A stretch of DNA of 64,000 nucleotides from IMG/VR virus record IMGVR_UViG_3300034279_001754, positions 1 to 64,000 of that record; one strand, written 5' to 3'. Under the pieces are notes generated by a model. It worked only from the letters and a program-made list of their open reading frames with translations, was not told the DNA's origin and did not search any database. The translations under genes were made by a program, and so were the position numbers. This DNA is from a virus. Lineage: Duplodnaviria; Caudoviricetes. Of the stretch, positions 19,195 through 28,982 are shown piece after piece (position 1 is the first letter of the stretch; every line of letters starts with the position of its first letter).

Positions 19195-19449
19195 CTATAC
19201 AACAGGGCCCTTAGCTTCCCCAATGTCAAGGTCTACCAGTCGCGTAAAATCATTGGCTTCCATTTGGGTAAATGGATTGAACCGAATTTCCCTACGGTTA
19301 CCAACCTCATCAATGCTGAAATGCCTGTAGTATTCAACAGAGTCCTCATACTCAACATCGAACTGATACCCATACATTGAGCCATTGCGCCCAGTAATTA
19401 CGAATTTGCAATTTGCGTAACGAAAGTTGGATACGTCTGGGATTTCCAT
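19195..19449 (-). CDS. hypothetical protein
   Basis: Minus-strand ORF in gene array. Confidence 0.6.
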   Translation of the reverse strand: MEIPDVSNFRYANCKFVITGRNGSMYGYQFDVEYEDSVEYYRHFSIDEVGNRREIRFNPFTQMEANDFTRLVDLDIGEAKGPVV

Positions 19450-19853
19450 TTGGTTGTTGGTTGGTTGTTATTGGTAGTCGGTTGTTGGTAGGTGTCTAAT
19501 AGCAATGAGTCAAAAAACCGGTAGCAATCTATTGGCGGCCACTCCCAAGGTTCCTGAGGTTCTTCAAAGCCATGGCGGCCAATGGCAAGACCATAACCCC
19601 CACAAGCAGGAAATTGACGACCGGGTCTGGCAAGTTGATAGGGTCGTTGATTGTTGTAGGTTGGATTTGGGTGGGTTGGATTTGGGCGGTTTGTTTGGTG
19701 GCCATAAGGGGTGGCTTGGGGGTTGTTTGGTGATTGCTGGAGGGGGAAGTTGCCCAGTTATGGACCCACTCTAGCCTGATGCCTTGGCAATGTCAACCCC
19801 CCCCCCGAATCGCGCCTGAATTTGCGCCAAAATGGCGGGACAGGCCACCCCAA

Positions 19854-22301
19854 TCAAGAAAGCAACCGACTGCGAATGTTCGGTAAACTGTTGGTATCTT
19901 CGCCGTAAATCACACTATTTAGAAATACGGTTTGGAGCGCACCTTGCTGTTCTTGCTCACGAGTCTGCTGTTGATAGAGGACAAAGTCATCTCCTTCTTT
20001 TTCAACACGGAGTAAACCCTTGGCCGACTTTTTGGTGCCACGGTCGGTAACCGGATCCTTCATGGTTTCAATAGGGACGCCATTAATTTGACCCCAAGTT
20101 GTTTTGTAGGCGATTCCAAAGGTGTCGCGAGTGTGATACTGGTATGTGTACGAACCGATCCCAAACACAATATTTTCGGATGCCCAACCTTGTTGTCTCA
20201 TGTGCTCCAAAATAGCTCTGGCACGGGGTAGAGTGATCGAGTCGCCGTAGATGAGACCGACACGGGGATTCAAAACCTTGAACCCTCTTTCATTTACAGT
20301 CCCACCGAAGACTTCCCACAGGAGTTGAAGGGAGCCCTTGAACTCACGGCTACCTGGCTCAGTGTCGTTGTCACCGCAAATGATTTTCTCAGGGTCGCCA
20401 CTATTCCCCGATACCAACGTGGCCCCATTTCTTCTAACTAAGACTCTACCGCTAGGAACTTGAACACAACCCACATAACCATCATAGTCCACTTCTTTCT
20501 TTTTGATGGATGATCCACCAAGTCTGTTATCTTTAAGGATGTGGAGAGTATGGACATCAGAGAATATTTCTTTCCTGTCATCCACAGTAACCGAGTGTTT
20601 GCATCCGTAACCTGCAAATAAAGATACCCTTTGAATAACTTTTACTACATCCCCATTAGTGGAATCAACCTTAAACCTGGAGTCAGATCTACGGGTGGCA
20701 TCCCAATACGAAACTTCTTCAATAAACTCCCTAGCCCAAGAAGATGAAACAACATCAGAGACCCAATTAAAGTCTTTCTGAAAATGACTTCCATTAGTTT
20801 TAACATTTATTTCCACCCTTTTGCTATGGTCGGGGTGCTTTGGATTGGGAGATAAAGAGTAAATTTTAAACTCTAAATTGCAATCCTCTAAAATTGAGAT
20901 AAGTCTGTCAATTTTTCTTTTTTTAGAGAAAGAGAATCTGATAGAGCTTTTAGACCCCGTCACATAAGAGCCATCTGCTTGAAAAGCAATTGCTAACCTT
21001 TCCATGGGAGTTAAGCTACCGTCACCTTGACCGCCGTATGGGACACTCCGTAAAAAATCTCTCCCCCAGTGGCCTACTTTAGAGTTAGAAGCTTCTTCAA
21101 TTTTTAGTCTTCCATTTTGCTTATAAACCATCCTATGATTAGGAGTGACCAATAGGTCTAATTTTCCCTTAAAGTCATGGAAATGAACCATTTTTCCACT
21201 ATACTTTTCGTAAACTAGCTTGGTAGGCTTTACAAAATTAAAAGTCTCATCGTCAGTTACTTGGGCTACAAGGGAATCTTCATTCAGCTCATTAAAGAAT
21301 TTCCACCCATCTGAAGTAAAAATTTGTGTGTCACTGTCATAGCAGTCCGGTCTGACGGTTACCTTGGCTAGTCCCAATTCATTAGGCTGACGGTTTAGGA
21401 TTTCATCTTTAAGGGCAGGGAGAATTACCGTCAGTGTATCCCAGTAATTCCAAGTGTCACTGACTACGCTAACAATCCCTTTTGGGTACACCTTCGTGAT
21501 GATCCGTCGAATAGTCTCCAATTCATTTTCCCGTCCCCCTAGGCAGGTAACACTATGCTCCGTAGCGGGGACACTACCCCCAATGAACTCGGAACCGCAA
21601 TCATAATAATCGTCAAGGTAATCAATCGAAAGGATAGTGTCAGTACCCTTAAAACTATACAAGTGCCCAATCTGGTGAGCTGCCGCATCATGAATGCCCC
21701 CTACTCCGCGAGCAGAGAAGTCGTGCCCCTGGATGTCAACGAACTGGGGACTACTACCTGTGAGTTCAGCATAGTGGTCAAACAAACGACGAAACTCATA
21801 GGCAATGGTAGCTACGTTAACCGCTTTCCAAATTTCCGAAGATTTAGCAGTTTCAATATAGTTAGTGGCCCATGGCGCCATCCACTTGAAATCTTTATGG
21901 GTGTTTTGTGCGGTCAGGAAGGGGACCCCGATGTTCACACGGCTACCTTCCGGGAGAGCTTTAATGTGAAGGGGTAGGTACCCAAGGTCGTGTAATTCCG
22001 CAAAGTGGTCAGTTCCCACTACACCTTCCCCTAGCGAAGAATCCATCCGCCGCTTATACTTATCTAGGACCTTAGCCTTAGGTTGGTGAAAGAAGGAGTC
22101 ATTCCAAAGATCCCTCAACATCCATTTCATGGTACCCTGGATATTAGCCACAACAACCTTATGGTCGAAGCTCTCAGGCATATTTGCTAGACGATCGGAC
22201 CTTGCCGTCATGTTGGCATAGATAATCTCGGTGCCTTCCGGGTTTTGAAAGGGGTGTCCGGTCTTGTAGAAGTCGGTTGCGTGGGGAGCGAAAAGTTTCA
22301 T
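19854..22301 (-). CDS. nicotinamide phosphoribosyltransferase-like protein (NAMPT/Namat) with intein
   Basis: TDFYKTGH, HDFSARG, SVPATEHSV, SVVSDTW, VRPD|SGDP, IYGDSIT, KDP.TD.GTKKSAKG. Confidence 0.93.
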   Translation of the reverse strand: MKLFAPHATDFYKTGHPFQNPEGTEIIYANMTARSDRLANMPESFDHKVVVANIQGTMKWMLRDLWNDSFFHQPKAKVLDKYKRRMDSSLGEGVVGTDHFAELHDLGYLPLHIKALPEGSRVNIGVPFLTAQNTHKDFKWMAPWATNYIETAKSSEIWKAVNVATIAYEFRRLFDHYAELTGSSPQFVDIQGHDFSARGVGGIHDAAAHQIGHLYSFKGTDTILSIDYLDDYYDCGSEFIGGSVPATEHSVTCLGGRENELETIRRIITKVYPKGIVSVVSDTWNYWDTLTVILPALKDEILNRQPNELGLAKVTVRPDCYDSDTQIFTSDGWKFFNELNEDSLVAQVTDDETFNFVKPTKLVYEKYSGKMVHFHDFKGKLDLLVTPNHRMVYKQNGRLKIEEASNSKVGHWGRDFLRSVPYGGQGDGSLTPMERLAIAFQADGSYVTGSKSSIRFSFSKKRKIDRLISILEDCNLEFKIYSLSPNPKHPDHSKRVEINVKTNGSHFQKDFNWVSDVVSSSWAREFIEEVSYWDATRRSDSRFKVDSTNGDVVKVIQRVSLFAGYGCKHSVTVDDRKEIFSDVHTLHILKDNRLGGSSIKKKEVDYDGYVGCVQVPSGRVLVRRNGATLVSGNSGDPEKIICGDNDTEPGSREFKGSLQLLWEVFGGTVNERGFKVLNPRVGLIYGDSITLPRARAILEHMRQQGWASENIVFGIGSYTYQYHTRDTFGIAYKTTWGQINGVPIETMKDPVTDRGTKKSAKGLLRVEKEGDDFVLYQQQTREQEQQGALQTVFLNSVIYGEDTNSLPNIRSRLLS
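20403..21344 (-). mobile_element. intein (314 aa) with degenerate LAGLIDADG endonuclease domain
   Basis: Begins CYDSDTQI, has block B VTPNHRMV and LAIAFQADGS, ends SGN before Ser; it splits the RPD|SGDP motif. Confidence 0.9.
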
Positions 22302-22370
22302 TGTTTGTTGGGATTTGGTTTGGTTGCGTTTGGTTGCGTTTGGCGGTAGTTGCGTCCGGGTTAATAAGGC

Positions 22371-23288
22371 CTAGTTCACCCTGAGACAAGTCAAGTTGGC
22401 GGGTAGTTCCCGATAAAAGTCTCGATTCGGCAACATGTTCGCCACATAGAAGTGATCGATAAGGCCATCAAAAACCTCAAAACCCTTCGAGAAGATTCCA
22501 TGAGTGACATACAAGTCGATGCGGGATGGCTCGTATTTTTTCAGAACCTTGGCAAGTTCAATAAAGGTCCGACCACCATCGCAAATATCGTCAACAATAA
22601 GAAGGTTCTTTCCTTTGTAATCACCGTCCTGGATTTCCGTTCGCAGGATTTCCCCATTTTCAGGGTTACGGACCTTAGTGGCATACTTGACTTCAGTAGA
22701 CCCTATAAACCTAGCAGCTACTTCTGCCCGTGGCACTGCGCCTTTATCAGGGGCAATGATTACGGTCGTGGGGTCCCACTCCATGCCTGAAGGTATCGAT
22801 TCAAACATACTCAAAAGGGAATCAACCCGCTCGCTATCAAAGTTGGTAAATTCCCCAAAGATGCTCTCAGCTACGGGGCTATGAACATCCCATGTTACCA
22901 AGCAGTCGCCCTTGCCCAAATACGGCCTGAGGGAATTAGCAAACACAGACAAGGAAAAAGCTTCGCCTTCAGCACAAACTCTATCCTGGCGGCTATAGGG
23001 CAAGTAGGGGATAAAAAGTTCCAACCCCCAGGGCTTATTGAGGCCACTTCTTGCCCTTTTAATCGCATCCAAAATAAGCAAAAGTTTCACCCATTCTTCG
23101 CCTTTGCCGTCGATGTCAGCAGTGACGAAGATTTCGGAGTATTCAGGACTATCAAGGTTAACTCCGTCTAAGATTCTAACTTGATGCTCTCCAGCCGAGA
23201 AAGTGAAGGTTGAGTAATTGATCTCTGCAGGAGGTTTCCCCTCGATTAGATCCCTCGTTAGATTGGTTGCAGTTATGTTGATTGTCAT
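22371..23288 (-). CDS. prs: ribose-phosphate pyrophosphokinase-like protein (Prs/Adps)
   Basis: FSAGE, IPYLPYSRQDR, DVHS, APDKGA, IVDDICDGGRTF, LYVTHGIFSKG. Confidence 0.92.
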   Translation of the reverse strand: MTINITATNLTRDLIEGKPPAEINYSTFTFSAGEHQVRILDGVNLDSPEYSEIFVTADIDGKGEEWVKLLLILDAIKRARSGLNKPWGLELFIPYLPYSRQDRVCAEGEAFSLSVFANSLRPYLGKGDCLVTWDVHSPVAESIFGEFTNFDSERVDSLLSMFESIPSGMEWDPTTVIIAPDKGAVPRAEVAARFIGSTEVKYATKVRNPENGEILRTEIQDGDYKGKNLLIVDDICDGGRTFIELAKVLKKYEPSRIDLYVTHGIFSKGFEVFDGLIDHFYVANMLPNRDFYRELPANLTCLRVN

Positions 23289-23474
23289 TTTGTTAGTGAT
23301 TTTAGTTGGTTTAGTTGCAATGATGTCTCAACTGGAGCAACTATAGCGTTTTTGCCCTACAGAAACAAGGGTGGAAGCCGAAGGATTAGGTTCGGTTCCC
23401 CCCATACCTCTAGTTCCTATTGGTTTGAATGATATATGAAAAGAAAGAGGGGGGTGAGGCACCCCCGGCCGCAA

Positions 23475-24329
23475 TCAGAACTTAAAGCCGAGGCCGACAG
23501 TACCAACTGGGGCGTAAGCCGTTCCAGCAACACCGTTTTCCTGGGTGGGGAACTTCAGATCGGCGAAACCAACTAGGGACGATGTAAAGGAACGCTCCAC
23601 ACCGGCAACGAATACAAACTGGGAACCTTGACCAATGCTGGTCTGGTAGTTGGCTTCCCCATCGTTCGTCAAAGCCCATTGGCCACCGGCACCGAGATAA
23701 AGGTTTGTGCTGCTAACGTAGGTGCCGCCGATGGTACGACCAGCCAGGGAAACGTCTACGGTCCCCAGAACACCGAGAGCAGAACCAATTTGGCTATCAG
23801 GGCCCGCAGCGAAGTTCACATAGGGGCGAGCTGAGATGGTAGTACCGTAGACTTCAGCCACTGGGAAACGTCCCTGAAGGGTACCACCAGCGATAGTACG
23901 ATTGTTGCTATAGGTATCGCTGCTAACGCCTTGACGATTCAGGTTGATACCTGCACCAACATAACTGCTGACTCCAACTGCTTTACGGGTTGCCGTATCC
24001 TCAAGGGCAGAAACACGGGCGTTGGTAACTGCGATAGCCGCACGAGCCTCGTCTGCAATGCGACGATCGGCTTGGCTCAAGGTGTCATAAACCCTGTCAA
24101 TGCAAGCACTCATAAGAGCTACGCTTTCGTAGCGGGCGGTGGGATTGCTACCACGGAAAGTGCCATCGGGATACCCCACGGCACAACCATACTTTTCAGA
24201 GAGATTCTGAAGTGCGCCGTAGGCCCAATTTGTCGGAGAAGAGTCCGTAAACCGTGGTGCGGCGAGCGCAGGAGTGGTAAAGGAAGCGATGGCTACTGAG
24301 GCAGCGATAATTCGATTTTTCATTTTCAT
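23475..24329 (-). CDS. SLH-domain outer-membrane beta-barrel protein (cyanobacterial porin-like N-terminus)
   Basis: Signal peptide; WAYGALQNLSEKYGCAVGYPDGTFRG...RYE SLH motif; terminal GLGFKF. Confidence 0.85.
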   Translation of the reverse strand: MKMKNRIIAASVAIASFTTPALAAPRFTDSSPTNWAYGALQNLSEKYGCAVGYPDGTFRGSNPTARYESVALMSACIDRVYDTLSQADRRIADEARAAIAVTNARVSALEDTATRKAVGVSSYVGAGINLNRQGVSSDTYSNNRTIAGGTLQGRFPVAEVYGTTISARPYVNFAAGPDSQIGSALGVLGTVDVSLAGRTIGGTYVSSTNLYLGAGGQWALTNDGEANYQTSIGQGSQFVFVAGVERSFTSSLVGFADLKFPTQENGVAGTAYAPVGTVGLGFKF

Positions 24330-24584
24330 TTTGTTTGTGTTTTGTCTGTACAGATCCGGGTTACAAATCCCGGAATGTGATTGTGGGGTTATGAACCCCG
24401 GTGCAAATAGCACTTTGCCCTCTCAGGGTTACAATCACCTTGCTATTGGGACGATTATTTTCTAGGCTCATTGCCAATTTGAAAAATTTCTAACCATGTC
24501 ATACTGTCAGAAAGATAACAACACAGTCGAAAATAAACAGCTTTTCATCGGGAGTGAAATTCATTCTAGTTTATATTGTTGAAC

Positions 24585-24803
24585 TTATTTACCGGAGTCA
24601 TAGGTGCAAAGTGCGGTGTGATTCCCGAGTTCATAACCCTTAGTCCAACTTCCCCCGGACCGAACACAGTCACTCATTCTGTACGGACTTTTACCAGAGA
24701 GCACCCCTGCAACAATTGATGTAAGGATCCCAAAAATAGCCCCACAAATTAAAAGTTCAATCAGGGTGAAGCCGTTAGGGGTTTGAAATTTTAATCGTGT
24801 CAT
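24585..24803 (-). CDS. small protein with type IV prepilin N-terminal cleavage/methylation motif
   Basis: NGFTLIELL followed by a hydrophobic helix. Confidence 0.8.
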   Translation of the reverse strand: MTRLKFQTPNGFTLIELLICGAIFGILTSIVAGVLSGKSPYRMSDCVRSGGSWTKGYELGNHTALCTYDSGK

Positions 24804-24858
24804 TTTTAAATAGTTTAGGAGAGAAGGGTGGATACCAACAGGCTACCACCCATAGCAA

Positions 24859-25203
24859 TCAGAGGCGAGAAATGCAAACGTTGGCCACACCGCTAACCCC
24901 AAGGCTCCTTGCAGCACCGTGGCCGAGATCGATAATTCGACCACCATAGTAAGGGCCACGGTCATTAATGCGAACATAAGCAACGAGTCCATTATCGCGG
25001 TTGATGACACGAACCTGACTGCCGAAGGGTAGATAAGGATGTGCAGCAGTCATTGTCCCAGGGCGATAGGTTTCGCCATTTGCTGTAGTTCTTCCGTAAA
25101 AGCCCGGACCATACCAACTGGCTTGGCCACACTGCTTGGCTTGAGCAGGTACTCCAGAAAGAAGTCCGGCAGCGAGAAGGAAAGAGGCTAATTTGAAACG
25201 CAT
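24859..25203 (-). CDS. rlpA: RlpA-family lytic transglycosylase (DPBB)
   Basis: GQASWYGPGFYGRTTANGE, TAAHPYLPFG, VRINDRGPY..GRIIDL. Confidence 0.92.
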   Translation of the reverse strand: MRFKLASFLLAAGLLSGVPAQAKQCGQASWYGPGFYGRTTANGETYRPGTMTAAHPYLPFGSQVRVINRDNGLVAYVRINDRGPYYGGRIIDLGHGAARSLGVSGVANVCISRL

Positions 25204-25328
25204 GGAAACATTAGGGTTCGACATTCGTGTTTGTTGCTTTTGGCAACCATGGTCCAGTGCCTGATTACTCGGGCTAGATACCATTGTGGTTTGTTGCAGC
25301 TGGCAAGTAAAGTTCGGGAAACCGCCCA

Positions 25329-26006
25329 TCAGCTTGCCTCCTGGCGGAGTAGCGCCAAGTTACTCTCGTAGAAGCGGCGAAGGTCCTCATACCTTTTGAC
25401 AGGCTGACCGTAATAACTGTTGCCGCTATAGGTTGGTAACGATGCCCATTCCGGAGCAAGCTTTGCAATTAGCGTAGGAGTAATCTTTCCGGAATCAGCG
25501 AGACGCAAAGCATTACGCCTTTCGACAAGGTACAAGGCTGCTTGGTCTTGGTTTCCAGGGCCAAAGTCCGAAAGGTTAAGTTTCTTGGAGGCTTCATCCC
25601 AGGTTCCTGGCAAGAACTGATAAGCCCCAGCAGCTGCACTTGTATAGCGAGGCGAGTATTGGATTTGATTTGGATGTTTTTCTAATGGGGATACCATGCG
25701 CCCCCCAAACAGAATCCGGTAGCCATCTCGGCTATTTTCAGTCCAGGTTCCTTCGGCGAAGCGAATGGTATTTAAAAGGGCTCTGCGTTCTGGCGTAAGC
25801 TCATAGGCAGGGGCCGGTAAAAACTTTGTAGGATCGCAGCCTGTGCAAATGGGGTCGAGTCCTAGTGGTAGACCTGGGGAGAGACCCCTGATTGCGACTT
25901 TCTGAGGTACAGGGTATTCCAGTCTGTTAAACTCAGTAAGTCCGTTCAGCGGGGTTGCAACAGTTCCAACCAGGGAAACAGCCACAAGTGTAGTGAGGTT
26001 AAGCAT
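25329..26006 (-). CDS. lambda R-like muramidase/transglycosylase
   Basis: RALLNTIRFAEGT, AAGAYQFLPGTW, NQDQAA, EWASLP..YYGQP. Confidence 0.9.
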   Translation of the reverse strand: MLNLTTLVAVSLVGTVATPLNGLTEFNRLEYPVPQKVAIRGLSPGLPLGLDPICTGCDPTKFLPAPAYELTPERRALLNTIRFAEGTWTENSRDGYRILFGGRMVSPLEKHPNQIQYSPRYTSAAAGAYQFLPGTWDEASKKLNLSDFGPGNQDQAALYLVERRNALRLADSGKITPTLIAKLAPEWASLPTYSGNSYYGQPVKRYEDLRRFYESNLALLRQEAS

Positions 26007-26155
26007 TTAATTAGTTAGATACAACATCCGATTAGGATAAGGAGAAGTTCCCCGTCTCAGGGGCGAATCCCTCGGCACATTTTGTTTAAGACGCTCTATC
26101 GGCATCCGATACCCACTTTGCGATTTGCAAAGAACCCCCTCATAAAGGGCGACGT
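26007..26155 (-). ncRNA. structured 5' leader, possibly manA-like cyanophage RNA motif
   Basis: Several hairpins (CTTTGC/GCAAAG, TATCGG/CCGATA, CCCCTGAGACGGGG); family resemblance is from memory only. Confidence 0.45.
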
Positions 26156-26243
26156 TTTAGGTTCCGTCATGGGTCATGCCCATTATAGCACCCTAGATCA
26201 GAAAGTCAATGGGTAAGGGCGGATGGACAAGTGGTGACGACCC

Positions 26244-26429
26244 TTACAGGAAGTCGGAGTCCGGTGTATTACCAAAGTCTAAACAATATTCTCTAAACAT
26301 CTTCTTAACTAATTGCCAATTTTCCCCGCTGGCATCTAACCCAAGTTTCTCAGTGGCTTGGGGGACGTTCCATTTTGCCCCATATAATTTTCCCATCGCA
26401 ATTTCATAGTCTCCCTTTGAAAAAGTCAT
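26244..26429 (-). CDS. hypothetical protein
   Basis: TAATG-coupled ORF. Confidence 0.6.
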   Translation of the reverse strand: MTFSKGDYEIAMGKLYGAKWNVPQATEKLGLDASGENWQLVKKMFREYCLDFGNTPDSDFL

Positions 26430-26866
26430 TACTTGTTGCCAGGATTTTTATTGTTATTTTTCCGTTTATTGTCATTTAACAAATTATTTACCATCTTAGT
26501 GAGAATCTTATTGACAGGCTCTGGGACCCGGTAAACGGGTATTTTTGGTTTTTTGCCAGGGGTTTTAACTGCTGGGGCTTTCGTTTCGGGTTTTGTCACC
26601 GAGGGCTTTGCCACTGGGGTCTTTGCTGCGGGTAACTTACGTTGGGCCAATATCTGATTAGCAACTTTGGTGATCGCTGGATTTAAAGCCCAAGGAATAT
26701 CAACCATGCAAACATGGTAGCCCGGGATGCAAGAAGCCCCGCAAGATTTACCCCTTTTGCATTTCTTTCTTTTTAGTTTGGGTAAATTGAGACCACCTAA
26801 CCTAGATATTTGACCGCGTTTAGCGGCATTAATCTGGCCCTCAGTTCTTTTCTCAATTAAAGGCAT
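26429..26866 (-). CDS. basic hypothetical protein with KKCKRGKSCGASCI Cys motif
   Basis: ORF with K/P-rich tail. Confidence 0.7.
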   Translation of the reverse strand: MPLIEKRTEGQINAAKRGQISRLGGLNLPKLKRKKCKRGKSCGASCIPGYHVCMVDIPWALNPAITKVANQILAQRKLPAAKTPVAKPSVTKPETKAPAVKTPGKKPKIPVYRVPEPVNKILTKMVNNLLNDNKRKNNNKNPGNK

Positions 26867-26886
26867 CTAGGGTGGATCGCTTGGTC

Positions 26887-27336
26887 TTATTTTACCCCGT
26901 TACCCTTTCTTTCCTTACCCTGATAATTACCCCTAAGGGCCCTGTGAATCCCATCAAACCACCCTGCCTTACGGGGATCCCCACACTTCCACAACGGTAA
27001 ATGAGATAACAAATATCGTTTTTCCTCATTAACCAAACAAGCGATTGCGCTAGGGTCATAACCTTCATAGTCGGGGTCATAGAACTTAACTACCGGTATA
27101 GAGTGGTACTCTAATGATAAGAGTAAATCTATCAGGTGCCATCTCCCCTCAACTGTTAGCCAAACGAAAGAGGGATGCTCGCCCTCAGGAACTCCCCGTA
27201 AACGGCAATACTCCAGCTGAGCATGAGCTGACTGGATAGCTTGCTGATGGGTAGGTAGATCACGCCTAGAAATGGCGTAGAAGTGTGGAGTATCCATGTT
27301 GATTTCGGTAGACATAGCTATTGACAATAATGGCAT
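26887..27336 (-). CDS. Pth2-like peptidyl-tRNA hydrolase family protein
   Basis: FYAISRRDL...QAIQSAHA, F.DPD and SAIA..LSHLPL pattern. Confidence 0.6.
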   Translation of the reverse strand: MPLLSIAMSTEINMDTPHFYAISRRDLPTHQQAIQSAHAQLEYCRLRGVPEGEHPSFVWLTVEGRWHLIDLLLSLEYHSIPVVKFYDPDYEGYDPSAIACLVNEEKRYLLSHLPLWKCGDPRKAGWFDGIHRALRGNYQGKERKGNGVK

Positions 27337-28038
27337 TTACTTAGGGGGCTTCCCACGGAAAGAAATCTTAGCATCAAACCCCCTCTGTGTCAACCGGTCC
27401 TTGTCTGAAATGTCTACTGGTGGCAAACTGTCGGGGTTATCTCTGAGGGATGTCAAAAACATAGCAATCTCCTGGTACATTTGCTCAGCAGTGAACAAGG
27501 ATGCAAACCCCAGTTCCCCCAAGTTTGGCACCGTTCGATTTAGGGTTATGTGGGATGGTTCGAGACCCCTGTAATTATCCCCTAGAGTGAAAACAGGAAT
27601 TTGTAACTTTTTGGATACTTCCACACAGGCTGAGTTTGGAACTCCAATTAGGTCTTTGATGTCTGGCTCTTTGAACCATACTCCAGGGGATCTGCTGTAG
27701 ACTAGGGCCAAGGATGGGTGAGCCTCGGTAATTAGTTTATATTTGGGGAGATACACTCCAGGTTCATAAGACACCAGTAGGTACAACTTTCCACATACCG
27801 AGCACCATTTGTATGCCCAGGGAAATGGGTCCGGTTTTCTGCCCCAGTATCCGTCGGCTTTTGGTAACGGTTTAGCTGGTATCCCTCCTTTCACCCCAAT
27901 GGAAAAATAACCACAACTGTATTCGTCCTTACTCTCTAAATCTCTACGAACATAAGTGTTAGCCGGATCCCCACCTTCTTGGCTATATAGGTATTCTACA
28001 TAGTCATAGTAGTCTTTGAATTTTGAAAGGATTTTCAT
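27337..28038 (-). CDS. conserved phage hypothetical protein
   Basis: MKILSKFKDYYD...ISDKDR..RGFD.K.SFR pattern. Confidence 0.8.
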   Translation of the reverse strand: MKILSKFKDYYDYVEYLYSQEGGDPANTYVRRDLESKDEYSCGYFSIGVKGGIPAKPLPKADGYWGRKPDPFPWAYKWCSVCGKLYLLVSYEPGVYLPKYKLITEAHPSLALVYSRSPGVWFKEPDIKDLIGVPNSACVEVSKKLQIPVFTLGDNYRGLEPSHITLNRTVPNLGELGFASLFTAEQMYQEIAMFLTSLRDNPDSLPPVDISDKDRLTQRGFDAKISFRGKPPK

Positions 28039-28075
28039 TGTTTTAATGGCGGGTTTTTCTGTAAACCAGGGTAAT

Positions 28076-28339
28076 TCAATTATTGATGCACTCTTTGTTT
28101 AAGGGTCCATCTGAATGTGATGCCAAAATAGTGAACTTATCGAGGTTATCATAGGTCTGGCTTCTACCCCATTGGTTCACCGATTCTTCAATCCACCAAT
28201 CTGTGGGCGGGTTAGTACCGTGGTTAAATTCTGTGACCAACCAGCTTTCCCTATCGTATGCCCATGGAACATTTGAAAGCTCTGCTTTCCTGGCAATGTA
28301 AGTTCGACCGTCAGGCCCCTCAAGAAGTAGGTGCGTCAC
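28076..28339 (-). CDS. hypothetical protein
   Basis: Minus-strand ORF in gene array. Confidence 0.6.
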   Translation of the reverse strand: MTHLLLEGPDGRTYIARKAELSNVPWAYDRESWLVTEFNHGTNPPTDWWIEESVNQWGRSQTYDNLDKFTILASHSDGPLNKECINN

Positions 28340-28345
28340 TTTTAT

Positions 28346-28699
28346 TCAGTCCCAGTCCCCATCCAAACGTCTGCTAACCCTATTAGCAGTTTCGACAGCG
28401 TCTTCAATTTGGTTTTTTAAACTGATTATAATGTTGGCAATGTTCGTGTAGATTATTCCATCGTTATAACTAAGGTCAAAACCGCAATTGTATTCATCAT
28501 TCTCTTCAACTCCTGAACCGTTAAAAATTTCCCTAAGAACCTTGTGGGTATTCCACTTATCCCGGAACTTGTAGTAATCTTCTCCCTTTTGGAAATCACT
28601 CCAAGCTAGACCACTGTAGTCTGGGGGACCGCACTCTGATAGGATTTTCTTAAGTTTTTTCTTACCGGTAGCAGTCAATAATTTAGGGTCGATTTCCAT
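28346..28699 (-). CDS. hypothetical protein
   Basis: Minus-strand ORF in gene array. Confidence 0.65.
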   Translation of the reverse strand: MEIDPKLLTATGKKKLKKILSECGPPDYSGLAWSDFQKGEDYYKFRDKWNTHKVLREIFNGSGVEENDEYNCGFDLSYNDGIIYTNIANIIISLKNQIEDAVETANRVSRRLDGDWD

Positions 28700-28713
28700 T
28701 TTTCTATTAGTGT

Positions 28714-28950
28714 TTGGGGCAGCAAGGGGACCGAAGCCCCCCGCAATGAGTCAGAATGCTATAGCTCAAACGGCTACGGCAGTCCTCTCGAATTTGACGA
28801 TTTTGTTAGCGTCTATGTTGTGCTTATGCAAGCGGCTTTCGGTAATTGGCTTGCTGTCGGTCGATTCCAGAGCGGACCCTCGAAAGGGAAATGGATCCGG
28901 GGCGATTCGAACGCCCGTGTCGCGCAGTAGTGACAACTACCTACACCCAG
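28714..28950 (-). ncRNA. ssrA: circularly permuted (two-piece) tmRNA; tag ANKIVKFERTAVAV* at 28766-28810; outer ends approximate
   Basis: T-arm GGGCG-TTCGAAT-CGCCC + CGGATCCA, short spacer, then GGGTCCG...TCGAC; G3.U70 and A73; cyanobacterial-type tag. Confidence 0.9.
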
Positions 28951-28982
28951 TTTTGAGCCGTATGGTAGGGCTTTAACAATTA

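Noticed and set aside
26007-26155. c-di-AMP (ydaO) riboswitch upstream of the muramidase
   Set aside because: The context fits, but the characteristic ydaO conserved segments are not visible
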